The notes: generated from the letters alone by a model not told the origin. 59,639 nt of DNA from an uncultured Oscillospiraceae bacterium (GCA_947624585.1 CANQKZ010000001.1:1-59639), one strand, 5' to 3'. Positions 26,645 to 37,329 are shown, counted from the first letter of the stretch. Numbers and translations: made by a program.

Positions 26645-27457
26645 ATGTATACTACCAACGACAAAACGATCACCAGTATCGAGACGATCACCGCCTTTGA
26701 TGTGGTCACGGGCGATTACCTTTTCACCCTCGATGAGCTTCAGAACGCGACGATCTCTCAGACGCAGGAGAAGACGGATATCACCGGTAAGCAGGGGCGG
26801 AAGCTCAACAGCCTGAAGCGGAACAAGGCGGTGACCATCAGCGGCAACAACGGTATGGTCTCCAGCGGGCTTCTGGAGCTCCAGACCGGCGGTAAGTTCG
26901 AGAGCACCGTCACGCCCGTCATGTGGACCGACTATGTGACGGTCACCGGCGGCAAGGGTACCACCGAGTACAAGGCTGTGGGCACTGCCGGCAACGAGAT
27001 CACCAATCTCTATCTCCACAATACCGACGGCACCCAGGGGAAAGCCTTTACCCAGGGCCTGGAGGCCGGACCCGGCAAGTTCACATACGACCCCGGCACC
27101 AAGGAGCTGGCCTTCGACGAAGAGGATGTCCCCGACGGGGCCGAGGTCGTGGTCTACTACAACCGGCAGATCAAGGCCAGCGTGCTCACCAACATGAGCG
27201 ACACTTACTCCGGCAAGGCCAAGCTCTACATCGACGCCTTCTGCGAGGACAAGTGCGGCAACGTCTTTCGGATGCAGTTCTACATCCCCAAGGCGGACTT
27301 CAACGGCGAGTTCGACCTGGAGATGGGCGACAACCAGACCGTCCACGCCTTCGAGGCGGAGTCTCTGGCCGGCGCCGGCTGCGGCACCCACAACTCCAGC
27401 GGTATGCTCTGGACCTACACCGTCTTCGGCGCCAACGACGAGGACTACACCGAATAA
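26645..27457 (+). CDS. Major tail protein
   Basis: 270 aa, Thr/Gly-rich and beta-type in sequence, upstream of the chaperone and tape-measure genes. ATG at 26645 after AAAGGAAGAAGG. Confidence 0.65.
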   Translation: MYTTNDKTITSIETITAFDVVTGDYLFTLDELQNATISQTQEKTDITGKQGRKLNSLKRNKAVTISGNNGMVSSGLLELQTGGKFESTVTPVMWTDYVTVTGGKGTTEYKAVGTAGNEITNLYLHNTDGTQGKAFTQGLEAGPGKFTYDPGTKELAFDEEDVPDGAEVVVYYNRQIKASVLTNMSDTYSGKAKLYIDAFCEDKCGNVFRMQFYIPKADFNGEFDLEMGDNQTVHAFEAESLAGAGCGTHNSSGMLWTYTVFGANDEDYTE

Positions 27458-27468
27458 GTAAGGCGCGT

Positions 27469-27648
27469 ATGGCAGGGAATAAAAGGATCTGCCGGGTCTG
27501 CGGCAGGGCATATACGCCCTGCCAAAGCCCGGCTATCGCTTCCAGGGTATTTCGCTGGCAGGACGTGACCTGCTCGCCGGAGTGCGGAGCTGAGTATTTG
27601 GCGCGGGTGATGGCGTCAAGGGAGAAGAAGGAAGAGGCGGGGAAGTGA
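27469..27648 (+). CDS. Small zinc-ribbon protein
   Basis: 59 aa, MAGNKRICRVCGRAYTPC...CSPECGAEY (CxxC...CxxC). Confidence 0.45.
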   Translation: MAGNKRICRVCGRAYTPCQSPAIASRVFRWQDVTCSPECGAEYLARVMASREKKEEAGK

Positions 27649-28040
27649 GGGGGTGGGTAGAACCACCCCTGCGCCTTCGGCGCTGTCCCCGACCTAGGAG
27701 GGGCTGGGGTGACGGGGCGGGGATGATTTGTCGGGACCGCTCAGTCATCCAACCCTCGCTTCCCCCCCCCTACCCCCTCCTACGAGGAGGGGGCGACCCT
27801 TTCGGCGCTTCGCGCCACCTCCCCTGAAGGGGAGGCAAAAAGGTTTGCGCCTGCGGCGCATTCTTGGATTTGCCCGCGCGGCGGGGACGGGGGCTCGAAT
27901 CCCCCCCCCTACCCCCCCTTTGCCCCAAAGGGGGTCAAAAAGGTTGCGGCGCTTTGCGCCGCGTTTTGATTATCCGCCGCGGCGGGGCCCTTCAGTCACG
28001 GCCTTTGGCCGTGCCAGCTCCCCCAAGGGGGAGCTATTTT
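27649..28040. repeat. Mosaic GC-rich hairpin array R6 (unit order D-E-A-B-C-B-A')
   Basis: It uses the same unit set as R1 and R3. The last A unit has both stems changed in a compensatory way (CACGGCC-TTT-GGCCGTG and GCTCCCCC-AA-GGGGGAGC). Confidence 0.85.
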
Positions 28041-28101
28041 GCGGCCCGGAGGGGTGACGACGAGGACGGAGTGTGCTCCGTCCTTTTTTCTTGGAGGATG
28101 G

Positions 28102-28566
28102 ATGGAGAGGCAGAAGTTTAATGTGGACGCGGATAAGGAGAAGAGGACCTGTGACGGGGTCGTCTTCGACAGCGGGCTTGAGATGAGATATTACCGGGAC
28201 GTGCTCTGTCCCCAAGTGGAGAGCGGTGAGGTGAGGCGGTTTGAGCTTCAGAAGGAATACATACTGCAACCGGAGTTTCGTCGGGACGGTAAGACGGTCA
28301 GGCCCATTACATATGTGGCGGATTTTTATATAGAGTACGCGGACGGGTCCGTGCTGGTGGTGGACACCAAGGGGTGTCCGGACAGCGTGGCAAAGCTGAA
28401 GAGAAAGATGTTCTGGTACGTCTACCCGGAGCTGCCCTACAGGTGGCTGTCCTACGTGGAGAAGTGGGGTGGGTGGCTGGACTACGAGACGGTGAAAAAG
28501 CTGCGCGCCGAGGAGAAGCGCAAGAAAAAGAAGGAAAAGGAGCGTTTGGAAAATGGCCAAGACTGA
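28102..28566 (+). CDS. DUF1064-like PD-(D/E)xK nuclease candidate
   Basis: FDSGLEMRYY...ITYVADFYIEYADGSVLVVDTKG is the typical core of the small phage nuclease family, followed by a Lys-rich tail. Confidence 0.6.
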   Translation: MERQKFNVDADKEKRTCDGVVFDSGLEMRYYRDVLCPQVESGEVRRFELQKEYILQPEFRRDGKTVRPITYVADFYIEYADGSVLVVDTKGCPDSVAKLKRKMFWYVYPELPYRWLSYVEKWGGWLDYETVKKLRAEEKRKKKKEKERLENGQD

Positions 28567-29170
28567 AAAGAAAATCTCGGTGAACACGTTTGAGAAAATC
28601 ATGAAGGAGCATTTTACGCCCGTCGTCACGGTGAGGTGGCACGAGGCGGACATCACGGTCAAGAGGTCCCTGTCGCTGATGGAGATGCTGAAATTTGCCC
28701 AGTCCGTGGCGGAGAGCTGTTTTGACGAGACGCGGGGATTTGTCCCGGAGCTTGCGGACTTTGTGATCCGCAGCAACATTATGGAGATGTACGGGAACTT
28801 TCGCCTGCCGGAGGAGTTGGAGAAGCGGTATGAGCTCCTTTACAACACGGACGCCGTGGAGACGGTGACGGAGAATGTGAACCGGCAGCAGCTCCAGGAG
28901 CTGGTGGACGCCATTGACAGAAAGATCCGGTATATGTGCGACACCAGGGTCAACGATCTGAGCATCCGGTTCCGTCAGGTGGCGGAGGCGCTGGAGGCCA
29001 TGAGCAAGAGCGCCGGGGAGATCTTCGAGGGCGTCACCGCCGACGACCTGAGAAAGCTCATAGGGGCCGTAGGCGAGCACGGGAAGACCGACGAGGAGAA
29101 GATCGTGGAGGCGGTCCTGAAGCATAAGGCGAGCGCTCCCGCGAAGGAGTCCGGGACGGATGAGCATTGA
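28553..29170 (+). CDS. Putative tail assembly chaperone
   Basis: 205 aa, acidic, upstream of the tape-measure gene. Confidence 0.5.
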   Translation: MAKTEKKISVNTFEKIMKEHFTPVVTVRWHEADITVKRSLSLMEMLKFAQSVAESCFDETRGFVPELADFVIRSNIMEMYGNFRLPEELEKRYELLYNTDAVETVTENVNRQQLQELVDAIDRKIRYMCDTRVNDLSIRFRQVAEALEAMSKSAGEIFEGVTADDLRKLIGAVGEHGKTDEEKIVEAVLKHKASAPAKESGTDEH

Positions 29171-29789
29171 TATAGCCTCCATCATGGGCAAGGTCCGGGC
29201 GTACAGCCAGACCCCGGCGGGGAAGGCGAAGATGAAGGAGGCGGTGGAACGAATGCGGCGGGAGGGTCGGACGCGCACGGCGGCGGGGAGCCGGCTCATG
29301 TCCCCCGCCGAGATGGAGAGCGCGGCGCTGAGGCTGGCGGACGCCATCCGGAAGGCCGCGCAGTCCTACGATCTGCCGGCGTCGGTGATGAACAACGTGA
29401 ACAGTTTGGCAGCCACGAAGCCCTATCAGACGGAGGACGGGGGCTGGCGGGTGGATCTTTACTTCACGGACGACTTAAGCCGTGAGTCGCTGTACCCGGA
29501 GGAATATGAGGGGGGTGTTGCGAACATCATCGCCCTTTTCAATAACGGGTATCTGGCGAATGACTTTGTATACGGCTGGTGGGACGGGCACAAGCCGACG
29601 GGCGAGGAGAGCAAGATCAGGAGCGGCACCGTGGAAAACTCCGCCTTTGTGCGAAGCCGCCTTGCGCGGCCGGGCTTGCAGTTCATGCAGAAGGCGGTGG
29701 AGGACTTTAACGCGACGGTGGGGAAGGCCACCGGCGCGAGGGCGGTGCTGGCGCCGATTTATGAGGAGGTGCCCAGTTACACCGGGTGA
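29160..29789 (+). CDS. Hypothetical tail-module protein (second chaperone-position gene)
   Basis: 209 aa. Its ATG overlaps the upstream gene end and it lies in the +1 frame relative to that gene. Confidence 0.5.
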   Translation: MSIDIASIMGKVRAYSQTPAGKAKMKEAVERMRREGRTRTAAGSRLMSPAEMESAALRLADAIRKAAQSYDLPASVMNNVNSLAATKPYQTEDGGWRVDLYFTDDLSRESLYPEEYEGGVANIIALFNNGYLANDFVYGWWDGHKPTGEESKIRSGTVENSAFVRSRLARPGLQFMQKAVEDFNATVGKATGARAVLAPIYEEVPSYTG

Positions 29790-30110
29790 AACCCTTCCGC
29801 CTCGCTTCGCTCGACACCTCCTCCACGGGGGAGGTTAACGGGGCTCGAATACCCCGGCCCTGCGGGGCCACCCCTTTTTCCGAAAAAGGGGTCAAGGGGA
29901 ATAAGGTTGCGCCGCGTTGCGGCGCTTTTTTGATTATCCGCTGCGGCAACCCTTCCGGCACTTCGCGCCACCTCCCCCAAGGGGGGAGGTTAAAAACGGG
30001 CGGGTTTGGAACCCGTCCCTACAAAAAAGGCTGCGTCATTTCGCGGCGGTTGCGCTGCGATGCGCGCCTGCGGGCGTGTACCGGAGGGGAATTGGTAACG
30101 GAGGAAGGTG
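29790..30110. repeat. Mosaic GC-rich hairpin array R7 (A-C-B-A-F-I units)
   Basis: C unit GGGCTCGAATACCCCGGCCCTGCGGGGCCACCCCTTTTTCCGAAAAAGGGG at 29842-29892, followed by B, A and F units. Confidence 0.8.
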
Positions 30111-30120
30111 ATGGAGGAGG

Positions 30121-33100
30121 ATGGCGAAGGTGATCGACGCGGGGTCGGATATACAGCTGCTGTTTGGCGTGCTGGGCGGCGGAGAACTGAGCGGCGAGAG
30201 CGGGGCGCTTATCAAAAGGCAGCTGACGGAGCTGCAAAGGGCGCTGAACGCCGACCCCTTTAAAATAAAGGTAGCGCTGGACACGGAGGCGGGCGGGAAG
30301 AAGTCCTGGAGCAGTATGCTCCAGACGAAGCTCAACGCGCTGGGTGACAGCGAAAAATTTTCCATAAAAATCTCCAAGCTGGATATCGGGGACGGGGCGA
30401 TTGGGGATCTCAAGAGGCGAATCGAGGCGGTCCTCAATACGCTCAGTCTGGAGCGTGGCGTCTCCCTCTCCGTAAAGGCGGAGGATGTGGGGGAGGTCGC
30501 CTCGAAGGTTAAGGCCGCGGGGGACGCCGCCGCGGAGGCCGCCAGAAAGACGGCAGAGTTCAACGCGCAGATGGAGACGTTGAACGGCCAGAAAAGCGAG
30601 GTTCTAAAGGCGCTGAACGCCGCTGAGAAAGCGGACCTGACGGAGGAGGAGAGCGCCAGAGTCCGGGAGCTTCGGACGCAGTACGAGGGCTACGCGAAGA
30701 GCATCTATGAGGTGAACGCGGCCAAGAGTGTCGCTACGCCGGAGCATAGGGCAGAAATCGAGGCCGAGGGCAGGGCGATCCTGGAGAACGTCAATGCCCT
30801 GAACGAGGAACGCCGCGCCAGAGATGAGGCGGCGAAGTCGGCAGAAAGGGAAGCCGCCCAGAGTGCCGCCGATGAAAGGGCTAAGGCAAACGAGGCAAAC
30901 CTGTATAAGCAGATCGCGGACGCGATCATACGGGTACAGGCGGCCCAGCAGAATTGGACGGCGGCACAGCACGGCAACGCCAGTGTGGATTACGCGCAGC
31001 TGGATGGGTATATTCAGAGGTTGCAAAATCTGAGGGCGACGCTGGATACGGTGACGCCAGAGAAGGCCAAGGCGACCCTGGCGGATATCATCAGGGAATT
31101 CAAAAATTCCTCGGAGGCGATCCGGGCCGCCGGGGAGAACACCAGGACCTTTACGGAGCGGCTGGGTGGACTTGCCAGTAAATTCGGGATCTGGCTGAGC
31201 GCGTCGCGCATCGTGATGATGGCGGTGAGGCTTACAAAACAACTGGTCCGCGCCTCCATAGAGCTGGACGACGCCATGACGCAGCTGCAGATCGTGACAC
31301 GGGCCAGTAACGAGGAGCTGGAGGCGTATTCCAAGACCGCCGCCGAGACGGCGCGCAGGATAGGCTCGTCCATCTCGGACTTTGTTGGCTCCACAACGAC
31401 CTACGCGAGGCTGGGGTATAATACGGAGCAGTCCAGCGCGCTGGCGCAGTATACGGCGATGCTCCAGAATGTGGGGAATATTGAGGTCGGCGACGCCCAG
31501 GACGCCATCACGTCTATCGTGAAGGCGTTCGGTATCGGGGTGGATGAGATCGAGTCCGTGATGGACAAGCTGGTTGTCACAGGCAACAACTTCCCCATTT
31601 CCGTCAGCCAGATCGCCGAGGGCATGACCAATGCCTCCTCGGCGCTGGCGGCGGCGGGGAATACATTTGACCAGTCCGTGGCGCTGCTGACGGCGGCCAA
31701 TACGACGGTGCAAAACGCCGCTAAAGCTTCGACCGGTCTTCGGACCATTGCGGCAAGGCTCCGGAACACGAAGACGGAGCTGGACGATCTGGGCGAGGCA
31801 ATGATCGAGGGGACGTATGAGGAGCTTGTAGCGGCCCTCACAAAATACAACGTGGCGCTTCGGGACTCCGCCGGGGAGTTCAGAAGTACATATGACATCA
31901 TCGCGGATATCGCCGAGGTCTGGGACAAGATGTCTACCACGGAGCAGGCGGGGCTTGCCACGGCGGTCTCCGGTACGAGACAGCAGGCGATTTTCTTCTC
32001 GCTGGTGGAGCAGTTCCAGGAAGCGCAGGGGGCCATGGAGGACATGGCGAACAGCGCCGGGACGCTGGAGGAATCCTACGGCATTTACATGGACAGCGTC
32101 ACGGCCCACGTCAACCAGCTCAAGGCGGCCTTTCAGGGGCTGGGGCAGGAGACGTTCACCAGGGAGTTTTTGGTGGGCGTTGTAGATCTCGGCACTACGC
32201 TTGTGAATATCGCCGGCGCGGTCATGGATGTGGTCAATAAGCTGGGCGGGCTCAACACCGTGCTCTACACGACGCTGGGCATTCTGGCGACCATCAACGC
32301 CCAGGCGATCCTGGCGCAAATCAAAAAGATCCTCGGAATTTTTCCGAAGGTCATCTCCTTCGTGACAAGGCTGGGGCAGGCGGTGCCCATTGCGATCAGC
32401 CTGTTCCGCGAGGGAGACCTGGCGGCCCTGGACGGGGCGCCGACGGTCTTAGGAAAAATCACCACGGCCTTGCAGGCTGTGGGTATCTCTGCCAGCGCCG
32501 CGCAGATCGCGGTAGGTGCCTTTGTGGCCGTGCTGGGCGTGGTGCTCCTGGCGGTCAGCGCGCACAATCGGGCCATGGAGGAGGCCAGACAGCGCGCCGA
32601 GGAGGCGGCGAGGGCCTATGAAACAACGGTTTCCTCCATCGACGGGTATAAAGAAAAGATCGCCGAGCTCAAGCGCTCTCTGGACGAGGGGAACCTCTCC
32701 CAGGAGGAGGCGTACAACGCCCGCGTGGAGCTTCTGGCCCTCCAGGGGGAAATACGGGACGCCTACGGGAAAGAGGCCGAGGCTATTGACCTGGTGGGGG
32801 ACAGCGCGGAGAGATCCGCCGAAAAGCTAAGCGGCCTGACCCGCGCCGCCGCCAATGAGTTTTTGTCGGCAAACGCCTCGGAGATAGACAAGGCCATCGA
32901 GAAGATGGAAACCGTCAGGGAGTATTTCAGCGGACAAGGCGCACCCGGTTTGATTGGTGATTCCGGGGCGAACGCGGAAGTAACCAAGGCCATTCGGGAT
33001 ATCGTAAGTAAATACAAGCACGCATGGCTGGAATACGGCTTGGACACGAAAACCGGCGGAAAGCTTATGTCGCTCCATGTAACGGCCGACGCGGAGGACG

Positions 33101-36100
33101 CCAAGGAGACGCTGGTAGGGCTGGCCGCGGATTTTGAGAAGCTCAGAAAGGATTTCCTTGAAAAGGGAATCAATATAGAGGAAATTTTCCCCAGTGATAA
33201 TACCTTTGCCGAGAAATTTGAGAAGACGATCAGCAGGGTAGATGAGATCATCGAGGAGTATGGGGAGACATACGACAAGGCCATTCAGGCGAAAATCGTC
33301 CAAAACGATGTGTATGCCGGCGTGATGGACCAAATCACCGGGGCAAACAAGGCGCTTCGGGAGGCCGTGGCTTCGGGAGACGCTGTGGAGCTGGCGGAGG
33401 CGGCGGAGGCCGTCAGCCGGCTGTTCGTAGACCCGGAGCGAATCGACGATGCCGGCGTGCGCAAGTATATGGAGGAGCTTATTGCCCAGATGCAGGCGGA
33501 GGCGCTGAAATATGCCATCAATGTGAGGCTCGCGGCGGACGTGGACACGGACGACTGGACGAAGAGGGTCAAGGCGGCGCTGGGGGTCCTCGCCGGGGAG
33601 GACGGCGTCGTCACGGCGACGGACATCCGCGACGCCGGCATTACGGCCAGGGCCGAGGGCGAGAACGCCGCCCAGACCCGCGGATATATGAGCGCCGAGG
33701 CGTTGGCGTGGGCCGAGCTGGACATAGCGGCCAGCGAGTACCACACGGACGTGGAGGGGCTCATACCGCTTCTGGAGCAGTACGGGTATCTCACCAAGAG
33801 CGCGACGGACGAGATGGATGGCGAGACGGCGGCGGCCGTGGAGCTCGCGGACGCGCTGTCTGCGCTTGGCGGGCTTTACGATTTGCTGACCAAAGCGCAA
33901 AGCGAGATGGATGCCGGCGGCCTTTCCCCCGGGACGGCGCAGTCCATTATCAAGGAGCTTGCCGAGGCCGGAGAGGACTACACAGAGTACCTCACGGAGG
34001 AGAACGGCGTTCTGAAGCTCAACACAGAGGCTTGGGACGCGTATATTGCCGCGAAGCGGGCGGCGGCGGACGGCGGTGTGGGCAAGGCGGTCGTCGAGAG
34101 CATGATCGACGAGGCGGCGCTCACGAGGCTGGACGACGCGAGAGAGCGGCTGGAGGAGCTCCAAAAGGCGCTGGACGGGCTGGACGGCGCGGACGAGCTC
34201 AGCACGGATGCCTATGAAACTCTGGAGGGGCTCCTGCCGGGTATTACCTCTCGCGTCAACAGCGTGAAGGACGCTCAGGAGCTTTTGAACGAGGCCATCG
34301 CCAAGCAGAAGGAGGTAACGGCGGAGGCATACGCTGAGTATGTTTGGGGCGCCGAGAACTCCATCTTTGCCGACGAAGACCGGTGCGAGAGAATTCTGGC
34401 GGAGAACCAGGGGCTGACGGACACCCTCAATAAATGCTACGGCGTAGATCTGGACAACTGGGGCGACCTTGCCAAGGGCAAGTGGGCCATTGAAAAGAGC
34501 CTGGTCGGGGACCTGTCCGAGCTGTGGCAGAAATACCACAATGTGTCCGACGAGGAACTGAAATCCTCCATCCAAAAGCTGGAGTCCAAGGACCGCGTTA
34601 AGACCAAGGTGGGTAGGTTGCTGCAAGAGGGCGGATTTCTCCCGGAGGACGCGCTCATAGGGCTGAACGACGAAGAGCGGAAGGAGCTTGACGACATGAA
34701 GGCCGCCCTGGCCGTCCGGCAAGAGCTGGCGCGGCAGTGGCAGGAGCTCAATGACGCCATCAACGGCGCCGGCTCCGGCGGGTCGGGCTCCAAGAGTGTC
34801 GAGGCGTATATCGCGGACATCGACCGGTTCCGCAAGGCCGTGGAGGCGCTGCGGAAGGCGCAGGAGGACCGGGAGCGGGTCGAGGGGAGCATTGAGGGCG
34901 CCGGGAGCTACGAGCGGAAGATCGGGCTGGAGCAGGAGCTCATCACGGCGTATAAGTCCGAGCAGGAGGCCCTGCACGCGCTCAACGACGCCAGGGACGA
35001 GGCTATCGCCGAGGGGGCGGAGTCCCTCCGGGCGCTGGGCTTTGAGGTGGCATACAACGCCGACACCAATGAGCTGTGGATCGAAAACCTGGAGCATTTA
35101 AACGAGCTCACGGCCAAAAGCCGCGGCAAATACGACTCCCTCCAGGAGGCCACCAACGGGCTGCGGAAGGAAACGGAGGAGCTCATTGAGACCATCACGG
35201 ACCTCAATGAGAAAAACCGGGAGGGTTCCAAGTCGTGGCTGGAGATCGAGAAAAGCATCCGCGAGGCGATGCTGGCGGTCTTCGAAATGCGCCGGGCGGC
35301 CAGAGAGAACGCCGTCACCCTGAACGAAAACTGGCAGGAAAACGCCATTGAGGGGTATGACTACGGCGGCGTCCGGCTGTACACGGAGAACCTGATCGCC
35401 CAGCGCCGCGCCATGCAGGAGGAGCTCCACCGGGAGGCGGAGTATTACCGGTCCCTGGGGTATTCAGACACCAGCGACGAGGTAAGCGAGCTTTCGGACC
35501 TGTGGTGGGACTACGAGCGGGAGATCAGCGAGGCGGTGGCCACGGCCTGGGGGCAGGTGGTGGACAACGCCAGCTCCGCCGTGGACGAGATACAGGAGGT
35601 ATACGATGTTCTCCACGAGGCGGCGGACGAGTTCGCGGCCAACGGGTTCATCACCGTGGACACCTTCCAGTCCATTGTGGGGCTGGGGGCGCAGTATATG
35701 CGGTATCTCACCGACGAGAACGGGCTTTTGAAAATCAACCACGACAGCATCGACGCCGTCATTGCCGCGAAGACCCGGGAGCTGGCGATGAATGAGGCGC
35801 TGGCGTATGTGGAGAGGCTCAGGGCGTCCTTGCAGGATGGGAACATCGAGCAGCTCCAGGAGCTTTTGTATGCCACCACGCAGGCCACCGGCGGAACGTG
35901 GGGGCTGATTTACGCCAATCTCGCCCTCCTTGACCTGGACGGCGATCAGTATGAGGCGGCGCTCCACAATATCAACGCCATACGGGCGCTGGCGGACGCG
36001 GCGGTCTCCGGCGTGGGGCAGACGGCCGGGAGCCTTTCCAATGAGCTCCAGGACATGAAGACGGGGCTGGACGATATCCTGAAGTATGTCATGGACATGC

Positions 36101-37329
36101 TCAAGCAGAGAGTTCAGGACCAGATCGACGCCCTGGAGGATATGAAGGACGCCTATGCCGAGCTCATTGACCTGAGAAAGAAGTCCCTGGAGAACGCCGA
36201 GAAGGAGGCGGACTACCAGGAGACGGTGGCCGAGAAGACCAGGGAGCTTGCGAAGCTCCAGGAGCGCATCGACGCTTTGAGCCTGGACAACAGCCGGGAC
36301 GCCGCGGCCCAGCGTGCCAAGCTGGAGGAGGAGATGGCCGATCTCCAGAAGGAGCTGGCGGACACCCAGGCCGACCACGCCAGGGAGGCCCAGGAGGATG
36401 CCCTGGACGATATGCAAAGTGCCTACGAGGCGGAGAAGGACGGAGAGATCGCGGCGCTGGAGGAGAGCGTTTCGTCCACGGAGAAGCTTTATCGGATGGC
36501 AATCGAGTATATCCGGGACAACTGGGAGACGCTGAAGGACGAGCTTATCCAATGGAACTATGAGGTCGGGACAAGCTTCCAGTATGATATCGAGAACGCC
36601 TGGGACGCGGCGTTGAAAGCGGCGCAGAGGTACGGGGACTACGTGACGGCGCTGGGGGGCATCGACGCGGATATAAGCGCCGCCGGCGGGAGCGTCCATA
36701 ACGATACCGTTTCCGGGAGCACACAGTATGACGCGTCCGCCTCCAGAGAGGAAGAGATACACGCCATCATCCGGGAGATGTGGGCAAACGCCCAGGCGTG
36801 GTTCGGCGCGGACGAGGACGGCCGGAAGAGGCTGGATCAGAGGAACCTTGATCTGGGAAACAGGCTGGCCGCCTATGGGATCAACGCCAGACGTGAAAAC
36901 GGGACATGGTACGAGGGCGACGAGCTTTTGTTTGAGAAGTATAAGAAGTACCTCTACCACAAGGGCGGGATCGCCGGAGACAAGCCGACGCTGAAGCAAA
37001 ACGAGGTGCTGGCTGTGCTGGAGAAGGGAGAGCCGGTCCTCGATAAGAGGAAAGAGGCGGGGCTTTTCAGGCTGGTGGATTTCACCACGGACCTTATGAA
37101 CCGGTTTGACCGCCTGACGGCGGCGCGTGGCGCGGAGGGCCTTTTCGGTAATGTCCGCAGGCCGGTCCCGGAGGTGGGACGCCTATTCCCGGAGGGGAAG
37201 CGGGGAATATCGGTGCAGTTCGGGGACGTGTACATCTACGGCGCGGACGACAGGACCGTGGAGAAGCACCGGGAGGTCAACCGGCAGTTTGTGAATGACG
37301 TTATTAAGCAGCTGGGGCTGAAGAGGTGA
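30121..37329 (+). CDS. Tail tape measure protein (2402 aa)
   Basis: Giant Ala/Glu/Leu-rich coiled-coil ORF with hydrophobic segments near residues 640-790. The TMP-core-like region is AQYTAMLQNVGNIEVGDAQDAITSIVKAFGI. It lies between the chaperone and Dit genes. Confidence 0.9.
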   Translation: MAKVIDAGSDIQLLFGVLGGGELSGESGALIKRQLTELQRALNADPFKIKVALDTEAGGKKSWSSMLQTKLNALGDSEKFSIKISKLDIGDGAIGDLKRRIEAVLNTLSLERGVSLSVKAEDVGEVASKVKAAGDAAAEAARKTAEFNAQMETLNGQKSEVLKALNAAEKADLTEEESARVRELRTQYEGYAKSIYEVNAAKSVATPEHRAEIEAEGRAILENVNALNEERRARDEAAKSAEREAAQSAADERAKANEANLYKQIADAIIRVQAAQQNWTAAQHGNASVDYAQLDGYIQRLQNLRATLDTVTPEKAKATLADIIREFKNSSEAIRAAGENTRTFTERLGGLASKFGIWLSASRIVMMAVRLTKQLVRASIELDDAMTQLQIVTRASNEELEAYSKTAAETARRIGSSISDFVGSTTTYARLGYNTEQSSALAQYTAMLQNVGNIEVGDAQDAITSIVKAFGIGVDEIESVMDKLVVTGNNFPISVSQIAEGMTNASSALAAAGNTFDQSVALLTAANTTVQNAAKASTGLRTIAARLRNTKTELDDLGEAMIEGTYEELVAALTKYNVALRDSAGEFRSTYDIIADIAEVWDKMSTTEQAGLATAVSGTRQQAIFFSLVEQFQEAQGAMEDMANSAGTLEESYGIYMDSVTAHVNQLKAAFQGLGQETFTREFLVGVVDLGTTLVNIAGAVMDVVNKLGGLNTVLYTTLGILATINAQAILAQIKKILGIFPKVISFVTRLGQAVPIAISLFREGDLAALDGAPTVLGKITTALQAVGISASAAQIAVGAFVAVLGVVLLAVSAHNRAMEEARQRAEEAARAYETTVSSIDGYKEKIAELKRSLDEGNLSQEEAYNARVELLALQGEIRDAYGKEAEAIDLVGDSAERSAEKLSGLTRAAANEFLSANASEIDKAIEKMETVREYFSGQGAPGLIGDSGANAEVTKAIRDIVSKYKHAWLEYGLDTKTGGKLMSLHVTADAEDAKETLVGLAADFEKLRKDFLEKGINIEEIFPSDNTFAEKFEKTISRVDEIIEEYGETYDKAIQAKIVQNDVYAGVMDQITGANKALREAVASGDAVELAEAAEAVSRLFVDPERIDDAGVRKYMEELIAQMQAEALKYAINVRLAADVDTDDWTKRVKAALGVLAGEDGVVTATDIRDAGITARAEGENAAQTRGYMSAEALAWAELDIAASEYHTDVEGLIPLLEQYGYLTKSATDEMDGETAAAVELADALSALGGLYDLLTKAQSEMDAGGLSPGTAQSIIKELAEAGEDYTEYLTEENGVLKLNTEAWDAYIAAKRAAADGGVGKAVVESMIDEAALTRLDDARERLEELQKALDGLDGADELSTDAYETLEGLLPGITSRVNSVKDAQELLNEAIAKQKEVTAEAYAEYVWGAENSIFADEDRCERILAENQGLTDTLNKCYGVDLDNWGDLAKGKWAIEKSLVGDLSELWQKYHNVSDEELKSSIQKLESKDRVKTKVGRLLQEGGFLPEDALIGLNDEERKELDDMKAALAVRQELARQWQELNDAINGAGSGGSGSKSVEAYIADIDRFRKAVEALRKAQEDRERVEGSIEGAGSYERKIGLEQELITAYKSEQEALHALNDARDEAIAEGAESLRALGFEVAYNADTNELWIENLEHLNELTAKSRGKYDSLQEATNGLRKETEELIETITDLNEKNREGSKSWLEIEKSIREAMLAVFEMRRAARENAVTLNENWQENAIEGYDYGGVRLYTENLIAQRRAMQEELHREAEYYRSLGYSDTSDEVSELSDLWWDYEREISEAVATAWGQVVDNASSAVDEIQEVYDVLHEAADEFAANGFITVDTFQSIVGLGAQYMRYLTDENGLLKINHDSIDAVIAAKTRELAMNEALAYVERLRASLQDGNIEQLQELLYATTQATGGTWGLIYANLALLDLDGDQYEAALHNINAIRALADAAVSGVGQTAGSLSNELQDMKTGLDDILKYVMDMLKQRVQDQIDALEDMKDAYAELIDLRKKSLENAEKEADYQETVAEKTRELAKLQERIDALSLDNSRDAAAQRAKLEEEMADLQKELADTQADHAREAQEDALDDMQSAYEAEKDGEIAALEESVSSTEKLYRMAIEYIRDNWETLKDELIQWNYEVGTSFQYDIENAWDAALKAAQRYGDYVTALGGIDADISAAGGSVHNDTVSGSTQYDASASREEEIHAIIREMWANAQAWFGADEDGRKRLDQRNLDLGNRLAAYGINARRENGTWYEGDELLFEKYKKYLYHKGGIAGDKPTLKQNEVLAVLEKGEPVLDKRKEAGLFRLVDFTTDLMNRFDRLTAARGAEGLFGNVRRPVPEVGRLFPEGKRGISVQFGDVYIYGADDRTVEKHREVNRQFVNDVIKQLGLKR

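Noticed and set aside
28553-29789. A canonical -1 programmed frameshift (G/GT-type) between the two chaperone-position genes
   Set aside because: The downstream ORF is in the +1 frame, not the -1 frame, relative to the upstream one. It has its own ATG overlapping the upstream stop region. I see no slippery heptamer in the 29121-29170 overlap.
30604-36999. Long minus-strand ORFs (30604-32319, 32827-35097, 35464-36999). Similar ones lie at 3581-4564, 8609-9379, 21209-22585, 23595-24737, 40287-41633, 46975-48000, 48273-49244, 54383-55276, 56327-57385 and 58359-59390.
   Set aside because: They lie antisense to + strand genes with recognisable products and have Arg/Pro/Gly/Leu-rich low-complexity translations. 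They lack RBSs. They are the expected stop-poor shadow frames of about 60% GC coding DNA.
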